NCBI GenBank assembly: GCA_024239055.1
Contig: JANBVJ010000001.1
Span: 368,572-432,571 of the forward strand
Direction: 5' to 3'
Source of the DNA: Patescibacteria group bacterium
GTDB taxonomy: Bacteria; Patescibacteriota; Minisyncoccia; Minisyncoccales; UBA10102
Length of the DNA stretch: 64,000 bases
Within the stretch, counting starts at the first letter, position 1, and every line of letters starts with the position of its first letter. A program made the position numbers and the translations under genes. Below are positions 21,215 to 30,887 of the stretch, piece by piece. The notes beneath the pieces are model-generated. The model ran no database searches. It saw nothing but the letters and a program-made list of their open reading frames with translations, and was not told where the DNA came from.

Positions 21215-21528
21215 GCTTTACTTGCTAACACATGAAGGTGTATGTGGTCAACCTCTTGACCCCCCTCTTTTCCAACATTCATAAGAAGCTTGTATCCATT
21301 AAACCCCTTATCCTCAGCAACTTTCTTTGCAAGAAACACCATATCTCCCATTAAAGCACTATGGTCTTGTTTTGCTTCTATTAAAGAAACTATATGTTCT
21401 TTTGGAATAACAAGAACATGAAAAGGAGCTTTTGGATGAATATCCTTGAATACAACAAATCTCTCATCCTCATAAATGATATCAGATGGAATCTCTTTTG
21501 CTGCAATTGAACAAAAGGTGCAAGCCAT
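21211..21528 (-). CDS. HIT-family (Hint-like) protein
   Basis: Histidine triad HIHLHVL; CxxC near the N-terminus. Confidence 0.85.
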   Translation of the reverse strand: MACTFCSIAAKEIPSDIIYEDERFVVFKDIHPKAPFHVLVIPKEHIVSLIEAKQDHSALMGDMVFLAKKVAEDKGFNGYKLLMNVGKEGGQEVDHIHLHVLASKA

Positions 21529-21529
21529 G

Positions 21530-22822
21530 TTACTTGCGCTTCAAACGCTTTTTAATTTCAGCTGCTACTTTTTCAAGCTTTACCGTATCCTGTTTTCCTG
21601 TAGACATTGTACGAATAACAATATTTCCTTCCAGAGCCTCTTTCTGTCCGAGAATTAAAGCCAAGTCAACTCTCATGCGATTGGCACGACCAAGCTGAAC
21701 CCGCAGAGAATCCCGCCCCAGTGATTCTCCCACATCAATATCGGCTTTTCTTAATTCTTCCATAAGTTTTAAGGACTTTTTCTTTGGGAGATCTCCGAGC
21801 TGCGCAAGAAAAACTCTGGGTTGTGAAACATCCATTACATCCCCTCTCTCTTTCATTTCTGAAACTATTCTCTCAACTCCGGCTGCGGCTCCCAACCCCG
21901 GAATATCCCGTCCACCGAGCTGTTTCATTAAACTGTCGTACCTGCCTCCTCCAACCAGAGCTGACTGCGAACCTGTCTCCTCATCCTCTGACTTTTCAGT
22001 AAATATCTCAAAGACCGTTTTGGTATAATAATCCAGTCCCCGTACCAAATAAGGATCTAGGTGATAAGGAAGCTCTGTCTCGTCTAAAAACTCAAGAACA
22101 GATTTAAAGTGCCTTTTGCATTCATCATTTAAGTGGTCAATCATCTGGGGAGCTTGTGAACGTATTCTCTGACACTTTTCTTCTTTACAATCCAGAACGC
22201 GCAGAGGATTTTGCTTCATGCGGCGCCGACAATCTGCACATAGGACATGCTGATTGGACTTTAAAAATGCTGAAAGCACCTTTCTATAATAAGGACGACA
22301 CTGAGAGTCCCCAATGCTGTTTATCTTAATAATAAGATTCTTGAACTTCAGTCCCGAAAGAATAGCATAGAATATCTGTATCATCTGGGCATCAATTGCA
22401 GGGCTTTCCTCTCCAAACACCTCAAAGTCAAATTGACTGAACTGTCGAAAGCGCCCGGCTTGAGGATGCTCATAGCGAAAGAGCTGACCGTAAGTGTAAA
22501 GCTTTACTGGTTGGGGAAGATTATGCATTCCGTGCTCAATATATGAACGCGTAATACCGGGAGTAAACTCAGGACGGAGAGCCAAGTTGTCTCCTCCCCG
22601 TGTTTTTAAAGTAAACATCTGTTTTTCCACGATGTCCGTACTAACTCCTGTCCCCCGTTCATACAACTCAAAATTCTCAACAACCGGTGTGTCAATTCTC
22701 TCAAAACCGTAGAACCTGGCAATCTCATCTGTTACATCGTAGACCTTGCGATAATACGGCTGATCTTTTGGAAGGATGTCATGCATCCCTGTTGGTGTTT
22801 GTATGCGTGGTTTTCTTGCCAT
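21530..22822 (-). CDS. hisS: Histidyl-tRNA synthetase
   Basis: GMHDILP and LFRYEHPQAGRFRQF motifs. I trimmed the start to MARKPRIQTP (22822), 2 nt after the lepB stop. Confidence 0.9.
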   Translation of the reverse strand: MARKPRIQTPTGMHDILPKDQPYYRKVYDVTDEIARFYGFERIDTPVVENFELYERGTGVSTDIVEKQMFTLKTRGGDNLALRPEFTPGITRSYIEHGMHNLPQPVKLYTYGQLFRYEHPQAGRFRQFSQFDFEVFGEESPAIDAQMIQIFYAILSGLKFKNLIIKINSIGDSQCRPYYRKVLSAFLKSNQHVLCADCRRRMKQNPLRVLDCKEEKCQRIRSQAPQMIDHLNDECKRHFKSVLEFLDETELPYHLDPYLVRGLDYYTKTVFEIFTEKSEDEETGSQSALVGGGRYDSLMKQLGGRDIPGLGAAAGVERIVSEMKERGDVMDVSQPRVFLAQLGDLPKKKSLKLMEELRKADIDVGESLGRDSLRVQLGRANRMRVDLALILGQKEALEGNIVIRTMSTGKQDTVKLEKVAAEIKKRLKRK

Positions 22823-22824
22823 AG

Positions 22825-23340
22825 TTACAAAGGAAATACTTTCCAAAATACTTTTCCAATAATATTTTCTTCCGGAACTGATCCCCATGACCTGGAATCT
22901 GAAGAAAAGCTGCGGTTGTCTCCCATTACATAATACTCTTTATCTGAAAGTTCTATTTTTGAATTCCCGGGTGTACTTTCAGAAAGATATGGTTCTTCAA
23001 GTACAAAGGCATCTTGATGCTCCTCCCCCTTGCTGTACACTACCACTTTTCCATCTTCTATCTCAATGGATTCTCCGGGCAGACCAATCACGCGTTTTAT
23101 AAACCGCTGGGAAGGATCCTGAGGAAAACGGAACACAACAATATCGCCTCTTGCTGGCTCAGAAAATCTATAGGAAATTTCATCAATAATTAAATAGGTG
23201 CCACTTAAAAAAGTCGGCTCCATAGAAGCTCCCCTTACCAAAAAGGGCTGAAATAAAAATGCCCTGATAGGAATAACAATAAGGAATGCGATGATAAGAA
23301 TCTTACCTATCTCCCAAAATCCAGTAAATCTACTTTTCAT
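22825..23340 (-). CDS. lepB: Signal peptidase I
   Basis: GASMEPT (Ser box) and GDNRSFSSDSRSWG (box E). Confidence 0.9.
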   Translation of the reverse strand: MKSRFTGFWEIGKILIIAFLIVIPIRAFLFQPFLVRGASMEPTFLSGTYLIIDEISYRFSEPARGDIVVFRFPQDPSQRFIKRVIGLPGESIEIEDGKVVVYSKGEEHQDAFVLEEPYLSESTPGNSKIELSDKEYYVMGDNRSFSSDSRSWGSVPEENIIGKVFWKVFPL

Positions 23341-23406
23341 AATAAATCTGCGTGAATTATACCAGTCATTTCCCCTCTTAGCAAGATTGGTTTATGATAT
23401 ACTATT

Positions 23407-23907
23407 ATGATAATTATAGGACTTGGAAACCCGGGAACTCAATATAATAGAACCCGCCACAACGCGGGATTTGCTGCGATTGACGCAATTGCAAAAGCAA
23501 ACGGCTTTGGAGAATTTAAGTTATCAAAAAAACACAACTCTCTTATTTCAGAAGGTATTATTAATGATAATAAAGTTCTTTTAGCAAAACCCCAGAATTT
23601 CATGAATAATTCAGGTTCTCCAATTAAGTCACTAATAAAGCAGGATAAAAACTTTACTGTGATTCATGATGACATTGATATACCTCTTGGAAAAATAAAG
23701 ACTGCCGAAGATAGCAGTTCTGCAGGACACAAAGGTGTTCAAGATATTATTCAGGCGCTTGGCACAAAAGACTTCAATCGCATAAGAATCGGTATTCAGC
23801 CAAAACAAGGAAAACCTGATAATACGGAAGAATTCGTGCTTCAAAAATTCACTGAAGAGGAACAAAAACTCCTTAATAAAACTATTAAGGAAATCATATC
23901 TAAATAA
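23407..23907 (+). CDS. pth: Peptidyl-tRNA hydrolase
   Basis: GLGNPGTQYNRTRHNAGF N-terminal signature. Confidence 0.9.
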   Translation: MIIIGLGNPGTQYNRTRHNAGFAAIDAIAKANGFGEFKLSKKHNSLISEGIINDNKVLLAKPQNFMNNSGSPIKSLIKQDKNFTVIHDDIDIPLGKIKTAEDSSSAGHKGVQDIIQALGTKDFNRIRIGIQPKQGKPDNTEEFVLQKFTEEEQKLLNKTIKEIISK

Positions 23908-23908
23908 A

Positions 23909-23936
23909 AAAGGGGGAGAATTAGATTCCCTCCCTT
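23909..23936. terminator. Hairpin between convergent pth and the 123-aa orphan; a T6 run follows it on the minus strand
   Basis: GGGGGAG..CCCTCCC imperfect stem, flanked by A6 on the plus strand, which is U6 for the minus-strand transcript. Confidence 0.45.
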
Positions 23937-24307
23937 TAGAAGCTTCCGTATAACACATTAAGCCCCTGTGCCCCTCCCGCCGAACGAACTTCTTCTTCAA
24001 TAACTGCACTGATTTCCTGTGGTGACCACGAAAAATGACGAATCTCGCCACCCCGACATTTTGTCCAATCTAAAACTGGACCCTGAAACACGACACCTTC
24101 AATGGTTTCGAGTACTTCGCGACTAGCAAGAACTTCTGAACCAAACACCATTCCTCTACATTTAGAAATACTGCATGGAAAACTAAACTCCACAAACGCC
24201 CACCAACCAAATTTAATTTGGACAATGCGCACTTTTACAGAATCCTCAATGTCTATGGCCTTTTCAGAATGGAAACGATCAAGCCATTTAAATATCTGCT
24301 TTAGCAT
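23936..24307 (-). CDS. Orphan hypothetical protein (123 aa from MLKQIF)
   Basis: ORF with a strong SD (AAGGAGA, 5 nt before the ATG at 24307); no motif recognised. Confidence 0.55.
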   Translation of the reverse strand: MLKQIFKWLDRFHSEKAIDIEDSVKVRIVQIKFGWWAFVEFSFPCSISKCRGMVFGSEVLASREVLETIEGVVFQGPVLDWTKCRGGEIRHFSWSPQEISAVIEEEVRSAGGAQGLNVLYGSF

Positions 24308-24373
24308 ATCGTCTCCTTTCTTGAAATGATAGGGTTTTGACAGATGATCTACTTCCATCTATACTCATATTGA

Positions 24374-26332
24374 ATGGAATTGTCAAGTACGAACAAAGCT
24401 ATTCTGATTGCCGGAATCACCCCCTACTTTTTAGAAAAGGGGAATCTTTGGTTTGAGGAGAATAAAATAAAGATAGTTAATGCAAGAAAGAACCAGAGCT
24501 TTTTTCAAGATAATCTCCTACCTATACATACAGATGAAAAGATCTCGCAATCCGCATTTTTAAGAAGCTTGGACGAATTAGGATATGAAAAAGTACTCCA
24601 TATAGAAGAACCAGGAGAATTCAGTGTTGTTGGTGGAACTGTAGAGGTCTTCCCCATTAATACTGACAATGCCTTTCAAATAGAATTTATTGGAAACCGC
24701 ATTGAAGAGATACTTTCTCTAGCGTTATCTATTGAAAATGAAGAGGCATCAAAGAAACTCTTAAAAAAGAAATTAAAATCACAAAAGCTCTTCTCAGATC
24801 TTAAAAATCTCAAGGATGGTGACTACCTCGTGCACTTGGATCATGGAATAGGAAAGTTTACAGGTTTCACTACGCAACAGCACAGAGAAGATGAATTAAT
24901 ATATTACGCTTTAGAGTATGCTTCAAAAGATAAACTATACGTCCCCAAGGGCCTAGAAAGAAAACTCTCAAGGTATGTAGGATTTCGAGACCCTCATATT
25001 GCAAGACTAGGATCTCCATTCTGGCAGAAGACAAAAAGGAGAATAAAAGAAGAGGTTGAGAAATTAGCAAAGGAGTTATTGGAGCTCTACGCGAAAAAAG
25101 AAATGGTATCTCGCCTCCCCTATACACCAGAAGACGAACTTGACCAGAAGATTGCCGCATCTTTCCCTTATGAGGAAACACCAGACCAGATACAAACGCT
25201 ATCAGATATAAATAAAGACTTATCATCTAGTACTCCTATGGACCGTATCGTGGCAGGAGATGTTGGCTTTGGAAAGACAGAGATTGCTTTAAGAACTATG
25301 GCCAGGGCAGTAAAGTCAGGATACCAGGCAATTCTTCTAGCTCCCACAACAATCTTAGCCCACCAGCATTACTCAAACTTCAAAGAACGTCTAGATAATC
25401 TTCCAATTAACATAGCCCTGTTCTCCCGTCTTCAGACTAAAAAAGAACAGGCAAAAATAATTAAAGACCTAAAGGAAGGCAAAATAGATATTGTAATAGG
25501 AACACATCGCCTTCTCTCAAAAGACGTGAAGTTCAACAATCTGGGCCTACTTGTTATAGATGACGAACAAAAGTTTGGTGTCAAACAAAAAGAAAAACTT
25601 AGAGAACTCCGCTCTTCCTTAGACGTTCTGTCTCTGTCTGCAACTCCAATTCCAAGAACGCTATACATGGCACTCTCTTCTTTAAAAGGGGTAAGTACCA
25701 TTCAAACGCCACCTGATGGCAGAATGTCAGTAAAGACTATAATTGGTATATGGAACGGGAATAAGATAAAGGAAGCAATCGAAAAAGAATTAGACAGAAA
25801 AGGTCAGATATACTTTCTCCATAACAGAATAGGAACTATAGAGCAGATAAAGGGAAATTTAGAAAAGCTTGTTCCAAAAGCAAAGATACAGATAGCTCAT
25901 GGGAGAATGAATGAGGCAAAACTCATTGAGGTATTAGATGCCTTTAGAAATAAAGAGTTTGATATCCTGCTCTCCACCACTATTATTGAGAATGGTATGG
26001 ATATCCAGAACGTAAACACCATTATTGTGGATGATGCGGCAAAACTTGGATTAGCCCAGGCCTACCAATTAAAGGGAAGAGTCGGGAGATCCCATAAAAA
26101 AGCCTATGCACACTTCTTTCATAAAAAGCGCATGACGCCAAAGGCACGACTTCGCCTAAAAGCTCTAAAGGAAGCCGAAGAACTGGGTTCTGGATACAGG
26201 CTGGCTCTAAGAGACCTTGAGATTCGAGGAGCTGGAAACATACTAGGAAAAGAGCAGTCTGGCTCCATTAATACAATAGGGTTGAATCTGTTCTGCCAGA
26301 TGTTATCTCAAGCAGTGGAAAGATTGAAATAA
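24374..26332 (+). CDS. mfd: Short Mfd/TRCF-type helicase (CarD-like RNAP-interaction domain plus SF2 translocase)
   Basis: GDYLVHLDHGIGKFTG (CarD/TRCF), GDVGFGKTE, DDEQKFG, SATPIPRTL, GRVGRS and the TRG-like LEIRGAGNILG. It is only 652 aa. Confidence 0.8.
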   Translation: MELSSTNKAILIAGITPYFLEKGNLWFEENKIKIVNARKNQSFFQDNLLPIHTDEKISQSAFLRSLDELGYEKVLHIEEPGEFSVVGGTVEVFPINTDNAFQIEFIGNRIEEILSLALSIENEEASKKLLKKKLKSQKLFSDLKNLKDGDYLVHLDHGIGKFTGFTTQQHREDELIYYALEYASKDKLYVPKGLERKLSRYVGFRDPHIARLGSPFWQKTKRRIKEEVEKLAKELLELYAKKEMVSRLPYTPEDELDQKIAASFPYEETPDQIQTLSDINKDLSSSTPMDRIVAGDVGFGKTEIALRTMARAVKSGYQAILLAPTTILAHQHYSNFKERLDNLPINIALFSRLQTKKEQAKIIKDLKEGKIDIVIGTHRLLSKDVKFNNLGLLVIDDEQKFGVKQKEKLRELRSSLDVLSLSATPIPRTLYMALSSLKGVSTIQTPPDGRMSVKTIIGIWNGNKIKEAIEKELDRKGQIYFLHNRIGTIEQIKGNLEKLVPKAKIQIAHGRMNEAKLIEVLDAFRNKEFDILLSTTIIENGMDIQNVNTIIVDDAAKLGLAQAYQLKGRVGRSHKKAYAHFFHKKRMTPKARLRLKALKEAEELGSGYRLALRDLEIRGAGNILGKEQSGSINTIGLNLFCQMLSQAVERLK

Positions 26333-26404
26333 TAAAAGATGGTACAATAACTTGCAATGTATAAAATAATCAGTACACTAGTTATCGTATGAAGCTTGTA
26401 ATTG

Positions 26405-26433
26405 TTGAAAGCTTAACATAGTACTGCTATACT
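26405..26433 (+). promoter_or_regulatory. Promoter TTGAAA-17-TATACT, 6 nt before the ATG of the LAGLIDADG gene
   Basis: TTGAAA 26405-26410, 17-nt spacer, TATACT 26428-26433, AATATA, ATG 26440. Confidence 0.5.
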
Positions 26434-26439
26434 AATATA

Positions 26440-27564
26440 ATGAGAGCTACGGCATCAAAACAAAAGTATCAATATTGGACAGATAAAGAAGTCCGTTTCC
26501 TGAGGAATCTATACCCGCAAATGCGCCTTAAGGAACTAGCAAGATTATTCCCAAAACGGAATAAGGGGACAATTGTGGTTAAAGCACAGGATTTGGGAAT
26601 ACCGTCAGCAAAACTGTGGCAGGTAAAAGAAAATTCTATACTTCGTAAAAATTTTATCAACACATCCAAAGAAGAACTTTTAAGCCTTCTACCTAAAAGA
26701 TCCTGGCTGGCAATTATGGCACAAGGAGAAAGACTTCAGTTGAAACGCAATCGGCAAAAACCAAGAATGAAAGTAAATGAAGCTTATTTTCAAAAATGGT
26801 CTTCTCGTATGGCTTATATTCTTGGGTTTATATTAGCTGATGGATGCATTATTAAGGGAACATACAACGGATATAGTGATTCACTAAAATTTGGAGTACA
26901 GAAAAGCGACATTGATATCCTAGAAAAAATCAAAAAAGAACTCGACTCAGAACATAAAATCTCTCTACATAAGAATGCTGCTTATTTAAGCATTACAAGT
27001 CAAAAGATTGTTGACGATCTTAAATCCCTAAGTATTTCTTATAGGAAAAGCCTTCGTGAAAAAATTCCGGAGCTGCCTCCTAAATTTACGAAAGATTTCA
27101 TCCGAGGCATAGTAGACGGAGACGGAAGTGTTGCAATCGACAAGAAAGGCTACCCTAAATTAAGTGTCTATGGAGGAAAAAGAACCATCTTATTCCTCCA
27201 AAATCATTTCCTTATAAAATTAGATATGTACTCTAAAATAGCACGACTAACGAAGTCAAAAGACGGAAAACACTATCTTTTTAGTATCAACTATCGTACA
27301 AACCCCGCAAAAGAAATTATACAGTATCTCTACGAAGATGCCGACTTATATCTTGACAGAAAGTTTCAAATAGCTCAACAATGTTTAAGTATAAAGATAA
27401 AACGTCAGAAAAAGTATACGCCCCAGGAGGATCAGATTCTCACAGAGTCCTACCTTGTCCTAACGAAAGATGCAGTTTTTTCCGCCCTTTTAAACCGAAG
27501 TTGGTCTAGTATTGAGCAACGGGCACGAACACTAGGATTATATAAACATAACAAGAACACGTAG
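26440..27564 (+). mobile_element. Free-standing double-motif LAGLIDADG homing-endonuclease-like gene flanked by Myb/SANT-like repeats
   Basis: The two LAGLIDADG motifs are ILGFILADGCI and IRGIVDGDGSV. Three W/Y-x2-E-x2-L...R(S/N)W...LG(I/L) helix-turn-helix-like repeats are present, two N-terminal and one C-terminal. Confidence 0.75.
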
Positions 27565-27567
27565 ACA

Positions 27568-29583
27568 ATGCGCTTACTTATAGTAGAAAGTCCTACGAAG
27601 GCAGCTACCCTTAAACAATTTCTCGGGAAGGACTATGATGTCCAATCCTCTTTTGGGCATGTCCGGGATCTGCCAAAGTCAAAGCTCGGCATTGATGTAG
27701 AAAAGGATTTTGAGCCCTCCTATGTTATTCCAACCAAGTCCAGAAAGGCGGTAAACGTTCTCAAGAAAGCAGCTAAAGAAGCCACAGAGGTTATTCTAGC
27801 TACTGATGAAGATAGGGAAGGGGAAGCTATTGCCTTTCACCTAAAGGTAGCTTTGGAGTTAGACGACCCAAAACGCATTGTGTTTCACGAGATTACAAAG
27901 CAAGCAATTCAGGAAGCTCTTGAGAATCCCAGAAGCATTAATATGGACCTTGTGGATGCCCAGCAGGCCAGAAGAATATTAGACCGTCTTGTAGGATACA
28001 AACTATCTCCCTTCCTATGGAAGAAGGTAGCACGGGGATTATCTGCAGGACGCGTGCAGTCAGTTGCAATGCGCCTTATCTCAGAAAGAGAAAAAGAGAT
28101 AGCGGCATTCAAGCCAGAAGAATACTGGAGCATTGAGGCTGACCTGGAACAAAAAACAACTAAGAAAGAGTTTACAGCGCAACTTACAAAAGAAGATGCA
28201 AAGGCTCTTGCAAAGATGGCAATTACTTCAGAGAAGGATGCTAAAGCCATTCTTACAAACCTAAAGGAAGCTGCCTATACTGTCTCAAATGTAGAGATAA
28301 AAGAAGGAAAGCGTAATCCCCTTCCTCCCTTTACCACCTCAACTCTCCAGCAAACCGCATGGCAGCAGTTCAAGTACCCTGCCCGTCGTACAATGCAGTT
28401 GGCCCAGAAACTCTATGAAACAGGACTTATTACCTATCACAGAACTGACTCTTTTAACCTTTCTTCCCTTTCTCTTGCAGCAGCAGAAAAGGTTATTACT
28501 AAAAACTATGGAAAGGAGTACTGGGCAGGACCAAGAAGATTTAAGAACAGGTCAAAGGGAGCTCAAGAAGCCCATGAAGCAATACGGCCGTCTGACCCTG
28601 CAAAAGTACCCTCTGCAATTAAGCTCAGCCCAGATCAGATAAAGCTATATACCTTAATATGGAACAGGTTTACTGCTTCCCAGATGAAGGAAGCTGTCTT
28701 TAACGCCACAACAATAGATATTGAGGCCAAATCCTATACATTCCGCGCAACAGGACAGATTCTGCTATTTGATGGGTTCTTAAAAGTATACCCTATGCGA
28801 TTTGAGCAGGCAGAACTGCCAGAAGTAAAAGTAGAAGAAACACTTACTTTAAATAAGCTTAATCCTTTACAGCACTTTACCCAGCCTCCTCCAAGGTATA
28901 ACGAAGCTTCCTTAATTAAGGAGTTGGAGTCTGAAGGTATTGGAAGACCCTCAACCTATGCTTCTATTATCTCCACCATCCAGGATAGAAACTATGTTGA
29001 GAAAAACGATGACAAGCGCTTTGAACCTACTGAGATAGGAACAACTGTTAATGATCTTTTAGTAGAGCACTTCCCTAGTATTGTAGATATAAAGTTTACA
29101 GCTACTATGGAAGACGACTTAGATAAGGTTGCAGAAGGAACTACAGAATGGGTTCCTATGATACAGAAGTTCTACGATCCCTTTGCTAAAATCTTAGAAG
29201 AAAAGTACGAGGAGGTGGAAAAGTCAGATGTTTCAGTTCAAGAAACAGATGAGAAGTGTCCTGAATGTGGAAAGCCGCTTCTTATCCGCCTTGGTCGCTT
29301 TGGCAAGTTCTACGCCTGCTCTGGCTTCCCCGAGTGCAAGCATACCGCCCCTCTAAAAGAAAACACCCTGGGTATTGATTGCCCAAAGTGTAAGAAAGGC
29401 AACCTTGTTGCCAAGAGAACAAAGAGAAGAACAACATTCTACGGATGTGATAAATATCCTGAGTGTGACTTTGCCTTATGGGACAGGCCTACTGGAACAA
29501 AGTGTAAAGAGTGTGATTCTCTCTTAATAGAAAAAAACAAGAAGGTACAGTGCTCAAACTCTGAGTGTAGTTCTCATAAGTAA
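27568..29583 (+). CDS. topA: DNA topoisomerase I
   Basis: Toprim (LIVESPTKA, ATDEDREGEAIA), catalytic ITYHRTDS, and three C-terminal CxxC...CxxC zinc ribbons. Confidence 0.95.
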   Translation: MRLLIVESPTKAATLKQFLGKDYDVQSSFGHVRDLPKSKLGIDVEKDFEPSYVIPTKSRKAVNVLKKAAKEATEVILATDEDREGEAIAFHLKVALELDDPKRIVFHEITKQAIQEALENPRSINMDLVDAQQARRILDRLVGYKLSPFLWKKVARGLSAGRVQSVAMRLISEREKEIAAFKPEEYWSIEADLEQKTTKKEFTAQLTKEDAKALAKMAITSEKDAKAILTNLKEAAYTVSNVEIKEGKRNPLPPFTTSTLQQTAWQQFKYPARRTMQLAQKLYETGLITYHRTDSFNLSSLSLAAAEKVITKNYGKEYWAGPRRFKNRSKGAQEAHEAIRPSDPAKVPSAIKLSPDQIKLYTLIWNRFTASQMKEAVFNATTIDIEAKSYTFRATGQILLFDGFLKVYPMRFEQAELPEVKVEETLTLNKLNPLQHFTQPPPRYNEASLIKELESEGIGRPSTYASIISTIQDRNYVEKNDDKRFEPTEIGTTVNDLLVEHFPSIVDIKFTATMEDDLDKVAEGTTEWVPMIQKFYDPFAKILEEKYEEVEKSDVSVQETDEKCPECGKPLLIRLGRFGKFYACSGFPECKHTAPLKENTLGIDCPKCKKGNLVAKRTKRRTTFYGCDKYPECDFALWDRPTGTKCKECDSLLIEKNKKVQCSNSECSSHK

Positions 29584-29635
29584 CGCCCTACCTGACAATC
29601 TTCTGTCGCATAACAGTGATTATCAGACTAATCCA

Positions 29636-30397
29636 TTAAAGCCATCTCTTCAACCACTTTGAAGTTATAGAAATAACTTCTCTTTGAATACCTTGCTTGC
29701 CAGTAAAATCATGTGTAAGATTTTGCAATATCTTTATTTCCGCTTTTCCTTTTGTAAGTCTTTTTGCCAACTCCCCTTCTGATATTGGAACCGTGTCGTC
29801 AGCCTTCCCATATAAAAGACCAAAAGGAATTCTTAACTTGGAAAGCGCCTTTTCTGAATTATACTTAAAAGTATCTTTTATAAACGGATTGTATTTAACC
29901 TCATACCCCGCCCAAGCTTCAATGTACCCCTTGCGTTTTGCCTCCTCAACCCATATCTTGGACACAAAATCTTTATAATCTGAGATCCTTCCCATCCATG
30001 AGATAAGAGCCTTCACTCTTTTGTCTTTTGCTGCATGCAAAAGAGCTATGTATGCGCCCTGACTATGTCCTATTAGAGCAACACGATTTCTATCTATTCC
30101 CTCTTTCTTAACTGTCTGATTGATAACTACATTCAGATCACTAAGCATTGAAGAAGTAGTCTGCTTTTCAAAAATCCCATCAGAATCTCCGCTTCCACGA
30201 AAATCAAAGCGCAAAACGGCAAACCCTTCTTTTACTAAACCCTTTGCAGCTTGATTAAAAAAGGAATTCCACGTGCCTAAGTGATTTCCAGTCCAGCCAT
30301 GACAAAATACCACGAGAGGCACCTCCTTTTTAGCTTTTGGCATATCTAAAATGCCAAAAATGTCTTGTCTCTTGTTTTTAAATATGACTGGCTTCAT
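29636..30397 (-). CDS. Alpha/beta-fold hydrolase
   Basis: GHSQGA nucleophile elbow and a C-terminal LTHDF His motif. Confidence 0.75.
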   Translation of the reverse strand: MKPVIFKNKRQDIFGILDMPKAKKEVPLVVFCHGWTGNHLGTWNSFFNQAAKGLVKEGFAVLRFDFRGSGDSDGIFEKQTTSSMLSDLNVVINQTVKKEGIDRNRVALIGHSQGAYIALLHAAKDKRVKALISWMGRISDYKDFVSKIWVEEAKRKGYIEAWAGYEVKYNPFIKDTFKYNSEKALSKLRIPFGLLYGKADDTVPISEGELAKRLTKGKAEIKILQNLTHDFTGKQGIQREVISITSKWLKRWL

Positions 30398-30480
30398 ATC
30401 AATAGTCTATCAAAAAATCGCCTTCTTGGCGACTTTGGGTCCCCGCTCATATATTTTACGACTTTGAGTCTGGCTTCATA
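30395..30480 (-). repeat. Copy A of a ~86-bp direct repeat containing a terminator-like hairpin plus U6
   Basis: It aligns to 30885-30970 at an offset of exactly 490 nt. Positions 30408-30437 vs 30898-30927 are identical, followed by 11 mismatches over the remaining 43 nt. The hairpin AAAGTCGCC-AAGAA-GGCGATTTT then TT lies on the minus strand. Confidence 0.8.
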
Positions 30481-30887
30481 TAATCTCTCATTTGTTTGAC
30501 CATTTCTTTAACTTCAGATAAAACCTTCTCATTTGCCATATTTTCCTTCGCGTAGTTAATGATAGGTCTTATTGATTCAATTTTTTCACCAAATTTGTTC
30601 ATCCACTCATATCGAGGAAAAATCCATAAGTGAAATAAATGATGTGTTCCTTCATCTTGGAAAAAGCATACGGTTTCAATTCTTAAAACTTCTCGCATAC
30701 CTCTTCTTAATTTTCTAACCAAACTGAAAAACTCATCTGCCTCTTCATTATTAAATTCATCCAAAGAAACCTTTCCTGTTTTTGAGGCGATAATAAAAAA
30801 ACCAGGAATAGAAACATCCCAATCTTGATGCACATCAAAATATTTTGTGATAATTATTTTTTCATTTGGAAAAAGTTGCTTCGCCAT
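30456..30887 (-). CDS. HIT-like domain protein (143 aa)
   Basis: A ..GTHHLFHLWIFPR.. histidine-rich motif in the position of a HIT triad; weak family call. Confidence 0.5.
   Translation of the reverse strand: MAKQLFPNEKIIITKYFDVHQDWDVSIPGFFIIASKTGKVSLDEFNNEEADEFFSLVRKLRRGMREVLRIETVCFFQDEGTHHLFHLWIFPRYEWMNKFGEKIESIRPIINYAKENMANEKVLSEVKEMVKQMRDYMKPDSKS

Noticed and set aside
21530-22888. N-terminal extensions given by the ORF track for hisS (22888), tsaC (35196), glmS (38914), GH-A (14082), glyQS (51037), M16 (49653), leuS (TTG at 41268) and the 123-aa orphan (24358)
   Set aside because: The conserved protein N-termini (MARKPRIQTP, MDTWKIKE, MCGIIGY, MKKTLLILSL, MDGLMQKIV, MRKITLPNG, MQYNPQK, MLKQIF with SD) start at internal ATGs. 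Those starts remove long overlaps with upstream genes, and the extensions are non-conserved-looking sequence.
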